The position numbers and the translations under genes are program-made. Positions 62,695 to 64,000 of a stretch of 64,000 bases of DNA are shown here, in pieces. The DNA comes from a virus (taxonomy: Duplodnaviria; Caudoviricetes). Numbering within the stretch: the first letter of the stretch is position 1; each line of letters begins with the position of its first letter. The stretch lies in IMG/VR virus record IMGVR_UViG_3300025678_000005; one strand, written 5' to 3'. A model generated the notes under the pieces. It was not told where the DNA came from, searched no databases, and saw only the letters and a program-made list of their open reading frames with translations.

Positions 62695-63417
62695 TTATAT
62701 TACTATCTCATCATCAATCTTCTTCTCAATTTTATCAAGTCTCTTATTTAATCTCTGTATCTCATTAATTAATAAATCTACATCCTTTGCGGTAGCACTT
62801 GTTTTTTCTTTCAAATCATTAATATCTTCTTCGTGTTTCTTAAGTATCCATATAATGGCTTGTCCCAGAGCATTTAAATTAAATATCTTTTCATTAATAA
62901 TAATTCCAGTGGTAGAATCCTTTGCTTCCGTCCTAATAGTTGTTAAAAATCCCTTCTTTTCCAAAGACTTATGATACTTTACAATAGAATTATATGACAT
63001 GTTTATCTTCTTTGATAACTCATAATCTGTGTATGTAACTTTTCCATATCCAGGCAAATCTTTATACATATATTGTTGCTCTGCAATGATTAAAGCCTTC
63101 TCTTCTGTAGTTATATCTGTTCTATCTAAAAATTCATAACTGAAAGGCTCAAAACCCTTATACATGTTAAACACATATAGATTACTTCTGCCCCTCTTTT
63201 TTATCATAATATAGCTATACTTAACCAATTTATTAATTGCCTTTAGAACTGTTTTCTTGGATACTCCTGACTTCTTTACAATGGTAGACAAAGAAGGAAA
63301 ACAACTATAAGTATTTCTATTTATAAATTTCTTTATTGTAACATAAACTAATAAATCTTTTGGAGTTAATTCCTCATTTATTGTCATATCATTTGGTAAT
63401 TGTACATGTTGCTTCAT
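62695..63417 (-). CDS. Tandem winged-HTH Rep-initiator-like protein with C-terminal coiled coil
   Basis: LTPKDLLVY...CFPSLSTIVKKSGVSKKTVLKAI..L..Y.YI...GRSNLY (HTH_36-like), then a second HTH. No in-frame TGA. Confidence 0.75.
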   Translation of the reverse strand: MKQHVQLPNDMTINEELTPKDLLVYVTIKKFINRNTYSCFPSLSTIVKKSGVSKKTVLKAINKLVKYSYIMIKKRGRSNLYVFNMYKGFEPFSYEFLDRTDITTEEKALIIAEQQYMYKDLPGYGKVTYTDYELSKKINMSYNSIVKYHKSLEKKGFLTTIRTEAKDSTTGIIINEKIFNLNALGQAIIWILKKHEEDINDLKEKTSATAKDVDLLINEIQRLNKRLDKIEKKIDDEIVI

Positions 63418-63438
63418 ATATTATATTTTATTATTCTG

Positions 63439-63473
63439 CAAAGATACAAAAAAATTTTCAAATAACTACCAAA
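63439..63473 (-). promoter_or_regulatory. Bacteroidota sigma-A type promoter
   Basis: TTTG-N23-TATCTTTG, 21 nt upstream of the Rep-like ATG. Confidence 0.65.
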
Positions 63474-63515
63474 AGGACATCAAAAATATGAACATACTCT
63501 TTCAAAAAGTACCCT

Positions 63516-63547
63516 CTAACTATACTTAATACTAACTATACTTAATA
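63516..63547. repeat. Perfect 16-bp tandem direct repeat
   Basis: CTAACTATACTTAATA x2. Confidence 0.9.
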
Positions 63548-63682
63548 GGAAAATCTTTCTGAAATTTTTTAAAATTTTTTTTGAAAATTTTTTTTAAAAT
63601 TTTTTGTATGTCGAATGTATGAAACCAGTCTATTATCCTACCCCCAATAGGGTTTGATGTAAAACTCTTAAAAATTATTCTT

Positions 63683-64000
63683 ATGAAGACGTTAAAAAGC
63701 GGGATTGAGTTGTACGACTCAATACCTACAACTTTACGGCTACGGTACTCAAACCGCAGTCAGTTGCAAAAAGGTTCTACCTATACCGTTTTAGGTGTGG
63801 GTAAAATACCACTACGCAACGGAGGGTCATACGACGCCGTTGTTATGGAGAATAATGGGATAGAAACATACGTCTCTATTCCAACGTTTTTGGGGATTGT
63901 TTTCCGAAAGGAAGACAATGCCTGGACACGCAATTTGATCAACAACGGTGGGATAAATACCGTTGACAAATTGGAAACTTTGATCGATAAAAAGATCAAA
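63683..64000 (+). CDS. First gene of the divergent, higher-GC (probably early) region; 3' end outside the window
   Basis: Open from ATG 63683 to the edge (MKTLKSGIELYDSIP...); its single Trp is TGG. Confidence 0.65.
   Translation, partial: MKTLKSGIELYDSIPTTLRLRYSNRSQLQKGSTYTVLGVGKIPLRNGGSYDAVVMENNGIETYVSIPTFLGIVFRKEDNAWTRNLINNGGINTVDKLETLIDKKIK

Noticed and set aside
63516-63610. CRISPR-like array
   Set aside because: Only two adjacent 16-bp copies, no spacers and no cas genes.
63781-63999. Minus-strand 72-aa ORF at the right edge
   Set aside because: It is antisense to the more plausible plus-strand gene starting at 63683.
1-64000. Host that itself uses code 4 (e.g. Mollicutes)
   Set aside because: A peptidoglycan amidase, spanin-like genes, TAnnTTTG promoters and a phage-borne suppressor tRNA point to a walled Bacteroidota host. 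The host is inferred, not proven.

Overview
This window is about 64 kb of an AT-rich crAss-like (Crassvirales-type) phage genome, most likely infecting Bacteroidota (TAnnTTTG promoters). It covers the virion/late module, almost entirely on the minus strand. The key to reading it is that TGA encodes Trp (code 4). The fragments in the supplied ORF track join into about 45 long, tightly packed genes that end only in TAA or TAG, and the phage carries its own opal-decoding tRNA (anticodon TCA, 60509-60581). Gene order in the direction of transcription (right to left): Rep-like double-HTH gene, small genes including Hsp20, suppressor tRNA plus a small HTH gene, class II-type RNR, holin-like gene, PD-(D/E)XK nuclease, spanin-like pair, GroES-like gene, terminase, portal, small holin, tail-hub and fibre genes, a 1194-aa metallophosphoesterase protein, a 2641-aa CotH-kinase/LRR protein, amidase endolysin, scaffold-like gene, major capsid, ring proteins, auxiliary capsid, IHF-like gene, a muzzle/tail-stabilisation gene in three pieces with an inserted fibre-like gene, and cargo proteins sharing a KxxxGG motif. 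The right end holds a repeat and A/T-tract region and a strand/GC switch into a probable early region. All product calls come from manual translation and motif recall, not database searches. Joined genes were checked for frame at their ends and against the listed ORF fragments, not codon by codon throughout.
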